Shown piece by piece: positions 18,104 through 28,088 of a stretch of 64,000 nt of DNA. The first letter of the stretch is position 1. The number at the start of each line of letters is the position of its first letter. The stretch comes from an uncultured Gemmatimonadaceae bacterium (GTDB lineage Bacteria > Gemmatimonadota > Gemmatimonadetes > Gemmatimonadales > Gemmatimonadaceae). The notes beneath the pieces were generated by a model. The model was not told the DNA's origin. It was given only the letters and a program-made list of their open reading frames with translations, and ran no database searches. The stretch spans positions 544,001 to 608,000 of the forward strand of contig CAVUDW010000002.1 of assembly GCA_963740355.1 (NCBI GenBank). Reading direction: 5' to 3'. The position numbers and the translations under genes are program-made.

Positions 18104-19414
18104 ATGGCCAGCTTTTCAAGGTTCCGCCGGCTCCTCGCCGGCGCACTGACCCGACGCGGACTTGCACCCGTCGCGCTTCCCGCGCTGCTGATGCTCGGAT
18201 TCGCCGCCTCCGCCGCGGCGCAACAATATCCGAACACGACGTTCAACTACACCACCGACCTCAATGAGGCGACGACCCATCTCTGGGACAGTCTGCTCTT
18301 CTGGGCCACGGTGGTGTTTGTCATCGTCGAAGTCGGCATCCTCTATATCATCTTCAAGTTCAAGGCGCGCCCGACGTCGCCGGAACCGAAGCACGTGCAC
18401 GGCAACACCACCCTCGAAATCGCCTGGACCGCGATTCCGGCGGTGATTCTGGCGTTCATCGCCGTGCCGACGGTGAAGACGATCTTCATGACGCAGGCCA
18501 AGGCACCGGCCAATGCGCTGCAGGTCGAGGTGATCGGTCATCAGTGGTGGTGGGAGTTCCGCTACCCGGAATACGGCATCACCACCGCCAATGAGCTCTA
18601 CCTGCCGGTGAACCGGCCGGTGAATTTCAAGCTCAACACGGTCGACGTGCTGCACTCGTTCTGGATCCCGCGCCTCGGTGGCAAGCGCGACCTGATCTCG
18701 AACAAGACGAACTATCTCTGGATGACGCCGCGCGACTCGATGGTGATGAAGTCGCTCAACGGCAGCTGCAACGAATACTGCGGCTCCAGCCACGCGAACA
18801 TGAAGTTCCGCGTCTTCACGGTCTCACCCGAGCAGTTCGCCAGCTGGACCGCGCACCAGAAGGCGCCAGCCGTCTTTGGCGTCGCGCCTGCGGCGGCACC
18901 GGTAGCTGCCCCGGTCACGCCGGCCGCTGAGTCGACCACCAAGGCCGGACAGGTCGGCGCCGCCCTCGCGAACGCTGCCGAACCGGCCCCGGTCGGTTTT
19001 GTCTTCCCCCGCGAGAAGCTCGACATCTCGACCATCCCGACGGCCAAGGCGCCGAACTCGATCACGTTCGCGGCTGGCCTCACGGGCGACGCTACGCGCG
19101 GTCAGGCGATCTACTCGCGCTCCGCCTGCATCGGCTGCCACAAGGTGAGCGGGAACCCGATGAGTGCCGGTATCATCGGCCCCAACCTGACGCACTTCGG
19201 CTCGCGCTACACGTTGGCCGGTGCGCTGTACGAGAACACCACCGAAAACCTCGTGCGCTGGATCAAGAACGCGCCAGCCATGAAGCCGGGCAGCTTGATG
19301 CCGGCGATCGGCACGGGTGAGTACAACCCGGCGATCAAGGCGAAAGTCACGATGGGTGGGCTCTCCGATCAGCAGATCGCAGACGTCGCCGCCTATCTGC
19401 AGGCACTCAAGTAA
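18104..19414 (+). CDS. coxB: Cytochrome c oxidase subunit II with fused cytochrome c (caa3-type)
   Basis: LEIAWT, GHQWWW, DVLHSFW, CuA motif CNEYCGSSHANM, heme c motif CIGCH. Confidence 0.95.
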   Translation: MASFSRFRRLLAGALTRRGLAPVALPALLMLGFAASAAAQQYPNTTFNYTTDLNEATTHLWDSLLFWATVVFVIVEVGILYIIFKFKARPTSPEPKHVHGNTTLEIAWTAIPAVILAFIAVPTVKTIFMTQAKAPANALQVEVIGHQWWWEFRYPEYGITTANELYLPVNRPVNFKLNTVDVLHSFWIPRLGGKRDLISNKTNYLWMTPRDSMVMKSLNGSCNEYCGSSHANMKFRVFTVSPEQFASWTAHQKAPAVFGVAPAAAPVAAPVTPAAESTTKAGQVGAALANAAEPAPVGFVFPREKLDISTIPTAKAPNSITFAAGLTGDATRGQAIYSRSACIGCHKVSGNPMSAGIIGPNLTHFGSRYTLAGALYENTTENLVRWIKNAPAMKPGSLMPAIGTGEYNPAIKAKVTMGGLSDQQIADVAAYLQALK

Positions 19415-19438
19415 CCCGCGCCCGGAGCATATAAAGTC

Positions 19439-21337
19439 ATGGCCACGACTGTTGCGCCGCCGACCTACGCGCCGGCTGCATCCTCCGCTTCCTACTCCGG
19501 CGAGAAGACCGGTGTCTGGAGCTGGATCACGACCACGGACCACAAGCGGATCGGCGTGCTGTATCTCTTCACGTCGCTCTTCTTCTTCATCTTCGGCGGG
19601 CTCGAGGCGGCGGTCATCCGCGCCCAGCTGGCCGCACCGAACCAGGCCCTCGTCAGTGCAGAGCTCTACAACCAGCTCTTCACGATGCACGGCACCACGA
19701 TGGTGTTCCTCGCCATCATGCCGCTGTCGGCCGCGTTCTTCAACTTCCTCATCCCGCTGCAGATCGGCGCCCGCGACGTGGCCTTCCCACGCCTGAACGC
19801 CTTCAGCTACTGGGTCTACCTGCTCGGCGGCATCTTCATCACGCTGCCGATCTTCGCCGGCCTCGCGCCGAACGGCGGCTGGTTCGGCTACGCGCCAATC
19901 ACCACCATGGCGTACAACCCGGGTCTCAACATCGACTTCTGGGTGCTCGGCCTCCAGATCCTCGGTATCAGCTCGCTGGCCGCCGGCTTCAACTTCATCA
20001 CCACGATCATCAACATGCGCGCACCAGGCATGCACCTGATGCGCATGCCGATGTTCACGTGGATGAGCTTCGTGGTGCAGTTCCTCGTCGTGCTGGCGTT
20101 CCCGGTGATCACGGTCGCACTGGTGTTCCTGCAGTTCGACCGTTTCTTCGGCACGAACTTCTACACGCTCACCGCCGGCGCTGACCCGCTGCTCTGGCAG
20201 CACCTGTTCTGGATCTTCGGGCACCCCGAGGTCTACATCCTGATCCTGCCAGCCTTCGGCCTCGTGAGCGAAGTGCTGCCGACGTTCAGCCGCAAGCCGC
20301 TGTTCGGCTACGCAGTGATGGTGTACTCCGGCATCCTGATCGGCTTCCTCGGCTTCGGCGTGTGGGCACACCACATGTTCTCGGTCGGCATGGGCCCGAT
20401 CGCCGACACCGTGTTCAGCCTCACCACGATGCTGATCGCGATTCCGACCGGCGTGAAGATCTTCAACTGGATGAGCACGATGTGGGGCGGCAAGCTGCAG
20501 TTCACCACCGCCATGTGCTTCTCGGTCGGCCTCGTCGCGATGTTCACCATCGGCGGTCTCTCAGGCGTGACGCACGCGTCGCCCCCGACCGACCTGCAGC
20601 AGACCGACACCTACTACGTCGTGGCGCACTTCCACTACGTGCTGTTCGGTGGCTCGATCATGGGCATCTTCGCCGGCATCTATCACTACTTCCCGAAGAT
20701 GTTCGGGCGGTTGATGAACGAGACGCTCGGCAAGTGGCACTTCTGGATCAACATGATCGGCATGAACCTGACGTTCGGCCCGATGCATTTGTCCGGGTTG
20801 CTCGGCATGCCGCGCCGCATCTACACGTACGATGCGAACCAGGGCTGGGATCTCTTCAACATGATGAGCTCCATCGGCACCGCGATCATCATCGTCGCGA
20901 CCCTGATCTTCCTCTACAACTTCTTCACGTCGCTGCGCAGTGGACCGCGTGCCGGCCGTGATCCGTGGGGGGCATCGACGCTCGAGTGGTCGATCCCGTC
21001 GCCACCGCCCGAGTACAACTTCGCCGTGCTGCCGAACGTCACCAGCCGCTATCCACTCTGGGACGTGACGGATGGACATGACCTGTCGCGTGAGCATCAC
21101 GAGGGTCACGAAAATCGCGACGATCGTGTGCCGACCGCGAAGGAACTGGGTATCCCGATGCCGTCGAACACGTTCAAGCCGGTCATGGCTGCCATCGGCC
21201 TCGTCACCATGCTGGGTGGCATGACGCTCAAGCACGTCAACGATTACGCCTTCTACGCCGTCGTCGGCGGTGGCGCAACCATGCTCGTCGTGAGCCTGTA
21301 TGCCTGGCTCACCACGCCGCTCGAGGAGTCGCACTGA
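19439..21337 (+). CDS. coxA: Cytochrome c oxidase subunit I (A1 type)
   Basis: TDHKRIG, TMHGT, FGHPEVY, WAHHM, HFHY, MPRR. Confidence 0.97.
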   Translation: MATTVAPPTYAPAASSASYSGEKTGVWSWITTTDHKRIGVLYLFTSLFFFIFGGLEAAVIRAQLAAPNQALVSAELYNQLFTMHGTTMVFLAIMPLSAAFFNFLIPLQIGARDVAFPRLNAFSYWVYLLGGIFITLPIFAGLAPNGGWFGYAPITTMAYNPGLNIDFWVLGLQILGISSLAAGFNFITTIINMRAPGMHLMRMPMFTWMSFVVQFLVVLAFPVITVALVFLQFDRFFGTNFYTLTAGADPLLWQHLFWIFGHPEVYILILPAFGLVSEVLPTFSRKPLFGYAVMVYSGILIGFLGFGVWAHHMFSVGMGPIADTVFSLTTMLIAIPTGVKIFNWMSTMWGGKLQFTTAMCFSVGLVAMFTIGGLSGVTHASPPTDLQQTDTYYVVAHFHYVLFGGSIMGIFAGIYHYFPKMFGRLMNETLGKWHFWINMIGMNLTFGPMHLSGLLGMPRRIYTYDANQGWDLFNMMSSIGTAIIIVATLIFLYNFFTSLRSGPRAGRDPWGASTLEWSIPSPPPEYNFAVLPNVTSRYPLWDVTDGHDLSREHHEGHENRDDRVPTAKELGIPMPSNTFKPVMAAIGLVTMLGGMTLKHVNDYAFYAVVGGGATMLVVSLYAWLTTPLEESH

Positions 21338-21338
21338 T

Positions 21339-22034
21339 ATGAGCGCCACGGCAGTTGAAACCACGTCCGGCGGCCATGCCGACCACGCCGCGCACGGACA
21401 CCATTACACCACGACGGGACTCGACAACCGCAAGATTGCGATCTGGGCCTTCATCGGCTCGGAGTGCATGCTGTTCGTCAGCCTCATCTCGACGTACCTG
21501 ATCTACAAGGGCAAGTCGCGCGTCGGTCCCTATCCGCACGAGATCTGGACTGACCCGGCCACTGGCCAGACGTTCAAGGCCATTCTCAACATCCCGGTCA
21601 CCAGCTTCTCGACGTTCGTGCTGCTGATGTCCTCGTTGGCGATGGTGCTGGCGCACAATGCCGTGGTCAATCGACGCGTCACACGCACGACGTTCATGCA
21701 GAAGCTCGAAGGCAACTCGTTCTTCTGGCTGGTGTCGACGGCGATCCTCGGCATCGTCTTCCTCATGTGCCAGGCGTACGAGTTCACCAGCTTCGTGCAC
21801 GAAGGCCTCGGCCTGACGACGAACCTCTTCAGCAGCAGCTTCTTCGTGCTGACGGGCTTCCACGGTGCACACGTCACGGCGGGTGTGCTCTGGCTTGCCA
21901 CGCTCGCGTCGATCGACAAGAAGCGCGGGCTCCGCGAAGACGAAGCACTCAACGTCGACCTCTGTGCACTCTACTGGCACTTCGTGGACGTGGTCTGGAT
22001 CGCGATCTTCGTTCTTCTCTACCTCATCAAGTGA
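21339..22034 (+). CDS. coxC: Cytochrome c oxidase subunit III
   Basis: FIGSE, LTGFHGAHV, YWHFVDVVW. Confidence 0.95.
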   Translation: MSATAVETTSGGHADHAAHGHHYTTTGLDNRKIAIWAFIGSECMLFVSLISTYLIYKGKSRVGPYPHEIWTDPATGQTFKAILNIPVTSFSTFVLLMSSLAMVLAHNAVVNRRVTRTTFMQKLEGNSFFWLVSTAILGIVFLMCQAYEFTSFVHEGLGLTTNLFSSSFFVLTGFHGAHVTAGVLWLATLASIDKKRGLREDEALNVDLCALYWHFVDVVWIAIFVLLYLIK

Positions 22035-22045
22035 GCCGCGAACCA

Positions 22046-22378
22046 ATGGCACACGGACACGACGACGCGGCACACGGCGATCACCCGACCGCCAGGACCT
22101 ACCTCTGGACGGCCCTCTTCCTCACGATCGTGACGATCGTCGAGATTTCGGCCTACTACATCAAGCCATGGGAGCAGTCGGCGATCTACGTGCCGAGCAT
22201 GATCTTCATGTCGGCGGTGAAGTTTGCGGTGGTCTGCGCGGTCTACATGCACCTCAAGTACGACAACAAGCTGTTCCGGAACCTGTTCGTCGGCCCACTC
22301 GCGATTGCGATCGTGACGTGCGTAGGCCTCCTGTTCCTGTTCGGCAAGGTCGCGATCAATCTCAGCAGCGGTTCGTAA
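22046..22378 (+). CDS. coxD: Cytochrome c oxidase subunit IV family protein
   Basis: Three TM segments, KF...YMHLKYD motif, position in the operon. Confidence 0.85.
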   Translation: MAHGHDDAAHGDHPTARTYLWTALFLTIVTIVEISAYYIKPWEQSAIYVPSMIFMSAVKFAVVCAVYMHLKYDNKLFRNLFVGPLAIAIVTCVGLLFLFGKVAINLSSGS

Positions 22379-22396
22379 CAGTCATGCAGGTCTAGC

Positions 22397-23254
22397 GTGG
22401 TAGCACTCGCGCTGCTTCTCCACCCGGCGCAATCACTGGCGCTGGACAGCTGGACGATCCACCCGAGCACGGTCATTGGATTGACCGCGCTCGGGTGGCT
22501 CTATTTTTGGCGTGCCCGTGCGGCCGACGGTGAGGGGCCGAGTACCGGCCAGCGCCTGTCGTTCGTGAGCGGGCTGGTGCTGTTGTTCGTGATCCTGAAT
22601 GGGCCGCTGCACGACCTGAGCGACTTCTACCTGTTCAGCGGGCACATGGTACAGCACCTGATCATGGAACTGATCGTGCCGCCCTTGCTGATCGCCGGAA
22701 CGCCTGGCTGGATGCTGCGCCCCGCGCTCGGGTGGCCCGTCGTCGGATGGCTTGCACCGCGCATTACCACCGGCGCGATGGCATTCGCGATCTTCAACGT
22801 CACGTTGTCAGTGTGGCACATTCCGGCGCTCTACAACCTCGCGCTGTTGCACCACAATGTGCACATCCTGCAGCACCTGACGTTCCTGATCGCGAGTGTG
22901 CTGATGTGGTGGCCGTTCATGAGTCCACTGCCCGAGCTGCCGCGCCTGAGCTATCCGGGGCAGATGTTGTACTGCTTTTTGATGACCATTCCGATGAGCG
23001 TGGTGGCGATCTACATCGCGATGGCTGACACCGTGCTGTACCCGCTCTACGCGTCGAGCCCCAGGCTGTGGGGGATCTCGCCGAAGATGGACCAGCTCAT
23101 CGGAGGTCTCATCATGTGGATTCCAGGCGGCTTGTTCTTCTACGGCATCATGACGGTGGTGTTCTTCCGCTGGCAGCGACAGGGCAATGGCGGCGACGAC
23201 ATCGCCGACGCGCAGGGGTCGAGCGGAACCCTCGTGACGGCCGCAGGTCACTGA
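22397..23254 (+). CDS. ctaG: caa3-type cytochrome c oxidase assembly factor
   Basis: FSGHMVQH, WHIPALY, HILQH, DQLIGGLIMWIPG. Confidence 0.9.
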   Translation: MVALALLLHPAQSLALDSWTIHPSTVIGLTALGWLYFWRARAADGEGPSTGQRLSFVSGLVLLFVILNGPLHDLSDFYLFSGHMVQHLIMELIVPPLLIAGTPGWMLRPALGWPVVGWLAPRITTGAMAFAIFNVTLSVWHIPALYNLALLHHNVHILQHLTFLIASVLMWWPFMSPLPELPRLSYPGQMLYCFLMTIPMSVVAIYIAMADTVLYPLYASSPRLWGISPKMDQLIGGLIMWIPGGLFFYGIMTVVFFRWQRQGNGGDDIADAQGSSGTLVTAAGH

Positions 23255-23257
23255 CCC

Positions 23258-24517
23258 GTGGCGACGGTCACCCGACCCGATCTGTCGCCCGTTCGCCGCG
23301 AGCGTCCGCCCGTAGCAGCGCCTGCACCCAGCGGCTCGCGCGAGCGATTGCTCTCGCTCGATGTCTTCCGCGGCATGACGGTCGCTGGCATGCTCCTCGT
23401 GAACAATCCGGGGGACTGGGACCACATCTTCGAGCCGCTCGAACATGCGAAATGGAACGGCTGGACTCCGACGGACCTGATCTTCCCGTTCTTTCTCTTC
23501 ATCGTTGGTGTGACGTCGTACCTCTCGTTGTCACAGCGGCGAGCACGGGGTGATGGCGAAGGTGAGATCGTTCGGCAGGTGCTGCGCCGCGGTGTGCTGA
23601 TATTCCTGTTCGGGCTCTTCCTCGCGTGGTTCCCCGGGTTCATGTGGGGCACCATCGACTCGATGCCCAATCCGAGTTTCCTCGACCGCATGGTGTACCG
23701 CCTCGAGCATCTGCGCATCATGGGTGTATTGCAGCGCATCGCCGTCGCGTACGTCGTCGGCGCGCTGATCACATTGCGAGGCACGTGGAAGCAGCACGCC
23801 GTGGTGCTGGTCGGCATCCTGCTCGGCTATTGGGCGCTGATGACGCTCGTGGTCGTGCCGGATCGTGGTGTGCCGGGCTGGCAGCTCCTCGATCAGCCGG
23901 AGGCTGTGTTGAGCGCCTGGGTGGATCGCCTCGTCTTCGGCACCAATCACCTGTGGGTGTCGGCCAAGACGTGGGACCCGGAAGGGCTGTTGAGCACGTT
24001 GCCCGCGGTGGGGACGATGATGCTCGGGCAGTTCGCTGGACGCTGGATCGGAAGCCCACGGCCTCTCGCCGAACGGCTGAATGGCATGTTTGGCTCCGGT
24101 GCGCTGCTGATGATGGTCGGGCTGATGTGGCATTGGGTGTTTCCCATCAACAAGACACTCTGGACGAGTAGCTACGTCGTATTCACCGCCGGCATGGCGC
24201 TGGTGACGCTGGCGACGTGCATGTGGATCATCGACGTGAACGGCTGGAAACGGTGGACGAAGTTCTTCGTCATTTATGGTACGAACCCGATGATCGCCTT
24301 TCTCGGGTCCGGACTGATGGCTCGGCTTACCGTGACGGTGCTCAAGGTCCAGACCGCTGATGGTCCGGAATCGGTGCAATGGGTGGTCTATCAGGCGATC
24401 TTTGCGCCGATACTCGAACCACGAGTGGCGTCGCTGGGGTATGCAGTGACGTTCGTCCTCTTCTGGTTCGTGATTCTTTGGGCGCTCTGGCGCCGGAACA
24501 TCTTTCTCAAGGTGTGA
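23258..24517 (+). CDS. HGSNAT/NagX-like (DUF5009) membrane acyltransferase
   Basis: RLLSLDVFRG, MLLVNNPG, WNGWTPTDLIFPFF, GVLQRI, DPEGLLST, PINKTLWTSS. Confidence 0.88.
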   Translation: MATVTRPDLSPVRRERPPVAAPAPSGSRERLLSLDVFRGMTVAGMLLVNNPGDWDHIFEPLEHAKWNGWTPTDLIFPFFLFIVGVTSYLSLSQRRARGDGEGEIVRQVLRRGVLIFLFGLFLAWFPGFMWGTIDSMPNPSFLDRMVYRLEHLRIMGVLQRIAVAYVVGALITLRGTWKQHAVVLVGILLGYWALMTLVVVPDRGVPGWQLLDQPEAVLSAWVDRLVFGTNHLWVSAKTWDPEGLLSTLPAVGTMMLGQFAGRWIGSPRPLAERLNGMFGSGALLMMVGLMWHWVFPINKTLWTSSYVVFTAGMALVTLATCMWIIDVNGWKRWTKFFVIYGTNPMIAFLGSGLMARLTVTVLKVQTADGPESVQWVVYQAIFAPILEPRVASLGYAVTFVLFWFVILWALWRRNIFLKV

Positions 24518-24518
24518 T

Positions 24519-26153
24519 TTGCGACGCTGCAATCGCCTGCTGTCCGTTTTTCGTTCGCTCACCTTCGTGCTCGTCACCCTCGGCTTTGCGCTTGCCGTCG
24601 AGGCGCAGAAGCCGCGCAAGAAGGCCACCGTGAGTCGCCGAACCGCCGCGAAGTCGCCGGCGCGCGGTGTGGCCCGGACTGGATCGGCCGCCGCACGTAA
24701 TCGGCTGACGCGGACTAAGCCGCGTACGCGCCTTTCGCGGCCCGCTGGCCCTGCGCTCTCGCCGCTCCTGCCACGGTCCTCGTTCGGACTCGATGGGCTG
24801 CGCGCCGACCTTGGGCTGCTCGCCGGCACGTCCATCCGCAACGGATCGTGGGGCATGATGGTCGTGTCGCTGACGCATGGCGACACGCTGTTCTCGATCA
24901 ACGCGGATGTGCCACACCTTCCCGCGTCGACGGAGAAGGTGCTCACGTCCGTGCTCGCGCTCAACTCGCTCGGGCCGCAGTACCGCTATCACACCGATGT
25001 GTTGCACACCGGCACACTGCGTGACGGTGTGCTGGACGGCGACCTGATCCTGCGTGGCGACGGTGATCCATCGATGTCCTCACGTTTCATCGGCGGCAAG
25101 CCCGATGCCGCCATGGATTCGCTCGCGGCGCGGGTGGTGAAGGCAGGGGTTCGTACCGTGACTGGTCGCGTGATCGGTGATGCGTCGGCCTTCGAGACAC
25201 GCAGCATCCCGGAGGGCTGGCATCCCCGCATCCTGCAGGATGCGTATGCCGGTCGCGTGTCTGGTTTGTCGTTGAACGAGAACATCGTCTGGGTCACGGT
25301 GCGTCCGACGACGCGCGGTAATCCCGCTGAGGTGGTGCTGGAGCCGGCCACGACTGCGATTCCGCTTCGTGCGACGGTGCGCACCGTCGCGGGCCGCGGC
25401 GCGTCGTTGAAGATGGCGCGCAACTCGAGCGGCATTTCCGTCACCGGCAGCATCGGCGCCGACGTGTACCAGCGCTCGTACTCTTACATCGTCGAGGATC
25501 CGGCATCTTTCACCACAGGCGCCTTCGCTGCCGCGCTCCAGCGCAATGGCGTGACGGTGGGGAAAGGCATGATGCTTGGCAATACCCCGGCCAATGCACT
25601 GCCGCTCACCACCTGGGAGTCGGTGCCGCTCGAGACTCTCCTCACCGTGATGAATCGTGAATCGGTGAATGTCATCGCCGAGCACATGTACCGGGCGGCG
25701 GCGCGCGGTGCTGATCGCCATACCACCGGGTCAGCCAGCACGGCTGACACGGCGCTGCGGGCACTCCTTCAGCGCACGGCCGGTGTGCGCGAGGACGCCA
25801 TCCGCTCCAGCGACGGCAGCGGGCTGTCGCAATACGACAAGGTCTCGCCGCGCGCGATGGTGCAACTGCTAGGATGGGCCGACAAGTCATCGTGGGGCCC
25901 GTTGCTCCATGCCTCGCTCCCGCTGGCCGGGGAAAGCGGCACGCTGCGCAATCGGATGAAATTCTCGACCGCGCAGACGAACCTGCACGCGAAGACCGGC
26001 ACCACCAACGATGTCGTCGCCCTAGCCGGCTACGTCACCGCCCGCAACGGTGAACTGCTGGCCTTCGCGATGCTCTATAACGGCCGCGATCGTTGGCGTG
26101 CCCGTGAAGCCATCGACGCCATCGGCATCACGCTCGCGAACTGGGCGCGCTGA
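24519..26153 (+). CDS. dacB: D-Ala-D-Ala carboxypeptidase/endopeptidase PBP4 (peptidase S13)
   Basis: PASTEK (SxxK), GDGDP, SVN (SxN), DGSGLS, KTGT. Start uncertain. Confidence 0.92.
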   Translation: MRRCNRLLSVFRSLTFVLVTLGFALAVEAQKPRKKATVSRRTAAKSPARGVARTGSAAARNRLTRTKPRTRLSRPAGPALSPLLPRSSFGLDGLRADLGLLAGTSIRNGSWGMMVVSLTHGDTLFSINADVPHLPASTEKVLTSVLALNSLGPQYRYHTDVLHTGTLRDGVLDGDLILRGDGDPSMSSRFIGGKPDAAMDSLAARVVKAGVRTVTGRVIGDASAFETRSIPEGWHPRILQDAYAGRVSGLSLNENIVWVTVRPTTRGNPAEVVLEPATTAIPLRATVRTVAGRGASLKMARNSSGISVTGSIGADVYQRSYSYIVEDPASFTTGAFAAALQRNGVTVGKGMMLGNTPANALPLTTWESVPLETLLTVMNRESVNVIAEHMYRAAARGADRHTTGSASTADTALRALLQRTAGVREDAIRSSDGSGLSQYDKVSPRAMVQLLGWADKSSWGPLLHASLPLAGESGTLRNRMKFSTAQTNLHAKTGTTNDVVALAGYVTARNGELLAFAMLYNGRDRWRAREAIDAIGITLANWAR

Positions 26154-26172
26154 GCCTTCGCGCGGTCCGGCG

Positions 26173-27309
26173 CTAGCTGATGCGGATGTTGATGCCGCGC
26201 GAAGCCAGTTCGGAGATGTAGCGATCGCCGGGAAAGCACTCGTCGGGAGTGTAGACACCTGACGCCAGTGCGCCGGACGCCATCAGCTGGCCGGTGATCG
26301 AGAGTGTGTAGCCCGTCACGCGCATCATGGCCGTGATCTGGTGCTCGGCGTCGTAGTAATCGAGCAGGTCGTACTGACGCGTGGCCGGGGCTCCCGACTT
26401 GGTACCGGACACCACGACGCGCAGCGCCACGAGATCCGTCCCGCCAGGGCGGCGAAGCTTCGGGCCGACCGTCGCAATGAACACATCACGCGGCACGACC
26501 TGCTGCCCCTTCACGTCGATCGGCGTCGAGTCGTACAGACCGAGGTCGCGCATCGCGGCCATCAACTCCGCGTGACCAGGATAACGGAGGGTCTTGTACT
26601 CCATGACAGGGATCTTGCCCTCGTACCGCCACGCCATCGTCGACAGGCCACCGGCGGTGTGGAATGCCTCGAGGGTACCGATCGGCTCGATGAACTGCAC
26701 CGGCTCCAATTCCGACAGCGCCTTCACCTGCACCCGCTTCCCATCGCGGACGACCCAGGAGAGCGTCGAGTAGTAGTCCAGCACGCCTTCGATCGAGTAC
26801 ACGATCTGATAATTCAGCGGCGGCTCCGGGTGCTGCGGCAGCCCGCCAACGAACAGCTTCACACTCTCGACGGTATCGAGCGACTGGATGCCATGTTCCG
26901 CCAGGACGTTGATCATGCCAGGCGCGAGGCCCGTGTCGGGCACGACGGTGACGTGCTTCAGCCGAGCCGCTTCGTGCAGTTCCTTCTGCTTGAAGACGAT
27001 CTCGGTGTTGCCGCCAAGGTCGGCGAAGTGCACACCGGCCTGCACCGCGAGGGCGGCCAGCTCACCGTTGAAGTAGTACGGAATCGCGCTGAGGACCGCG
27101 TCCACCTCGCTCATTTGCGCCAGCATCGACACACGATCCCGCACGTCGAGCGACACTGCCTTCAGTCGAGTGTCGGCTGTCGGCAGAAACTTCGGGAGAT
27201 CTGAGACGTCGATGTCGGCCAGGCGAACTTCCGTGACGCCGGGACTGCGAAGCAGGTCGAACGCACAGGCAGAACCTTGGGCGCCGCGGCCAAGAACGAG
27301 AAAGCGCAT
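26173..27309 (-). CDS. Saccharopine/lysine 6-dehydrogenase family oxidoreductase
   Basis: VLGRGAQG Rossmann motif, DLGGN, GLAPG, VGGLPQHP, YKTLRYPGH. Confidence 0.88.
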   Translation of the reverse strand: MRFLVLGRGAQGSACAFDLLRSPGVTEVRLADIDVSDLPKFLPTADTRLKAVSLDVRDRVSMLAQMSEVDAVLSAIPYYFNGELAALAVQAGVHFADLGGNTEIVFKQKELHEAARLKHVTVVPDTGLAPGMINVLAEHGIQSLDTVESVKLFVGGLPQHPEPPLNYQIVYSIEGVLDYYSTLSWVVRDGKRVQVKALSELEPVQFIEPIGTLEAFHTAGGLSTMAWRYEGKIPVMEYKTLRYPGHAELMAAMRDLGLYDSTPIDVKGQQVVPRDVFIATVGPKLRRPGGTDLVALRVVVSGTKSGAPATRQYDLLDYYDAEHQITAMMRVTGYTLSITGQLMASGALASGVYTPDECFPGDRYISELASRGINIRIS

Positions 27310-27462
27310 TGGGTAGGGGCAAGGCCGCACGCGCGCCGACTGGGCGCTGCGAGGCAGGCTGATAAATCGGGCGCAGGGTAGGAATCCTGCAGGAGACCGA
27401 GGAATTTACAGAGGCGTGCAGGATTCCGCGCTCAGGCATATCACCCACACCGGCAAAATCCC

Positions 27463-27915
27463 ATGTCCACCAGCGACGAGGCCTGGCGCCAGCACCTGTT
27501 GACCAGCGCTGCGGACATTCACGCCGCGATCAGCCCCCTGAAAACGATCGCCGTCCTCGGCATCAAGCCGGCCGACACCGATGCGCCAGCGTTCTACGTG
27601 CCAGAGTATGCCCAGCGGGCGGGCTATAAAATCATCCCGGTACCGGTGTACTACCCGCTGATGACCAAGGAATTGGGGGAGACGGCGTACCAGTCCCTTC
27701 GCGACATCCCAGTCCCCGTGGACATCGTCGAGATTTTTCGCCGCCCAGCAGACATCCCGCAGCACCTCGATGACATCCTTGCCATCAAGCCGAAGCTGGT
27801 CTGGATGCAACTCGGAATTCGCCACGAAGCCGTGGCCGAGACCCTCGCCCGCGCCGGCATCGACGTCGTGCAGGACCACTGCCTCCTCGTCGAACTGCGC
27901 AAAATGGGGCGGTGA
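27463..27915 (+). CDS. CoA-binding protein (YccU-like)
   Basis: KTIAVLG, DIVEIFR, WMQLGI, VQDHC. Confidence 0.88.
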   Translation: MSTSDEAWRQHLLTSAADIHAAISPLKTIAVLGIKPADTDAPAFYVPEYAQRAGYKIIPVPVYYPLMTKELGETAYQSLRDIPVPVDIVEIFRRPADIPQHLDDILAIKPKLVWMQLGIRHEAVAETLARAGIDVVQDHCLLVELRKMGR

Positions 27916-27984
27916 TCGCTGGCGGACTTTCTCCGCCGATCGAACGCCCGCCTGCGACTCTCACCCCATAAAAACCCAGAACCC

Positions 27985-28060
27985 CCGCCGCCAAAGGCGT
28001 CGAGGGTTCTGCTCCGCGTCTCCGCGTCCCCCGCGGCTCCGCGGGTTTGACTGTGTGGAC
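27985..28060. repeat. Half copy (one arm) of the GTCCACAC-ended repeat element
   Basis: CCGCCGCCAAAGGCGTC...CTCCGCGTCCCCCGCG...GTGTGGAC matches the arm at about 57374-57448. Confidence 0.75.
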
Positions 28061-28088
28061 CTCTGCCGTCGCAGACGTCCAAGATGGA

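Noticed and set aside
19439..22034. Extra C-terminal helices on CoxA with a short CoxC as a novelty
   Set aside because: This split is already known in caa3- and bo3-type oxidases.
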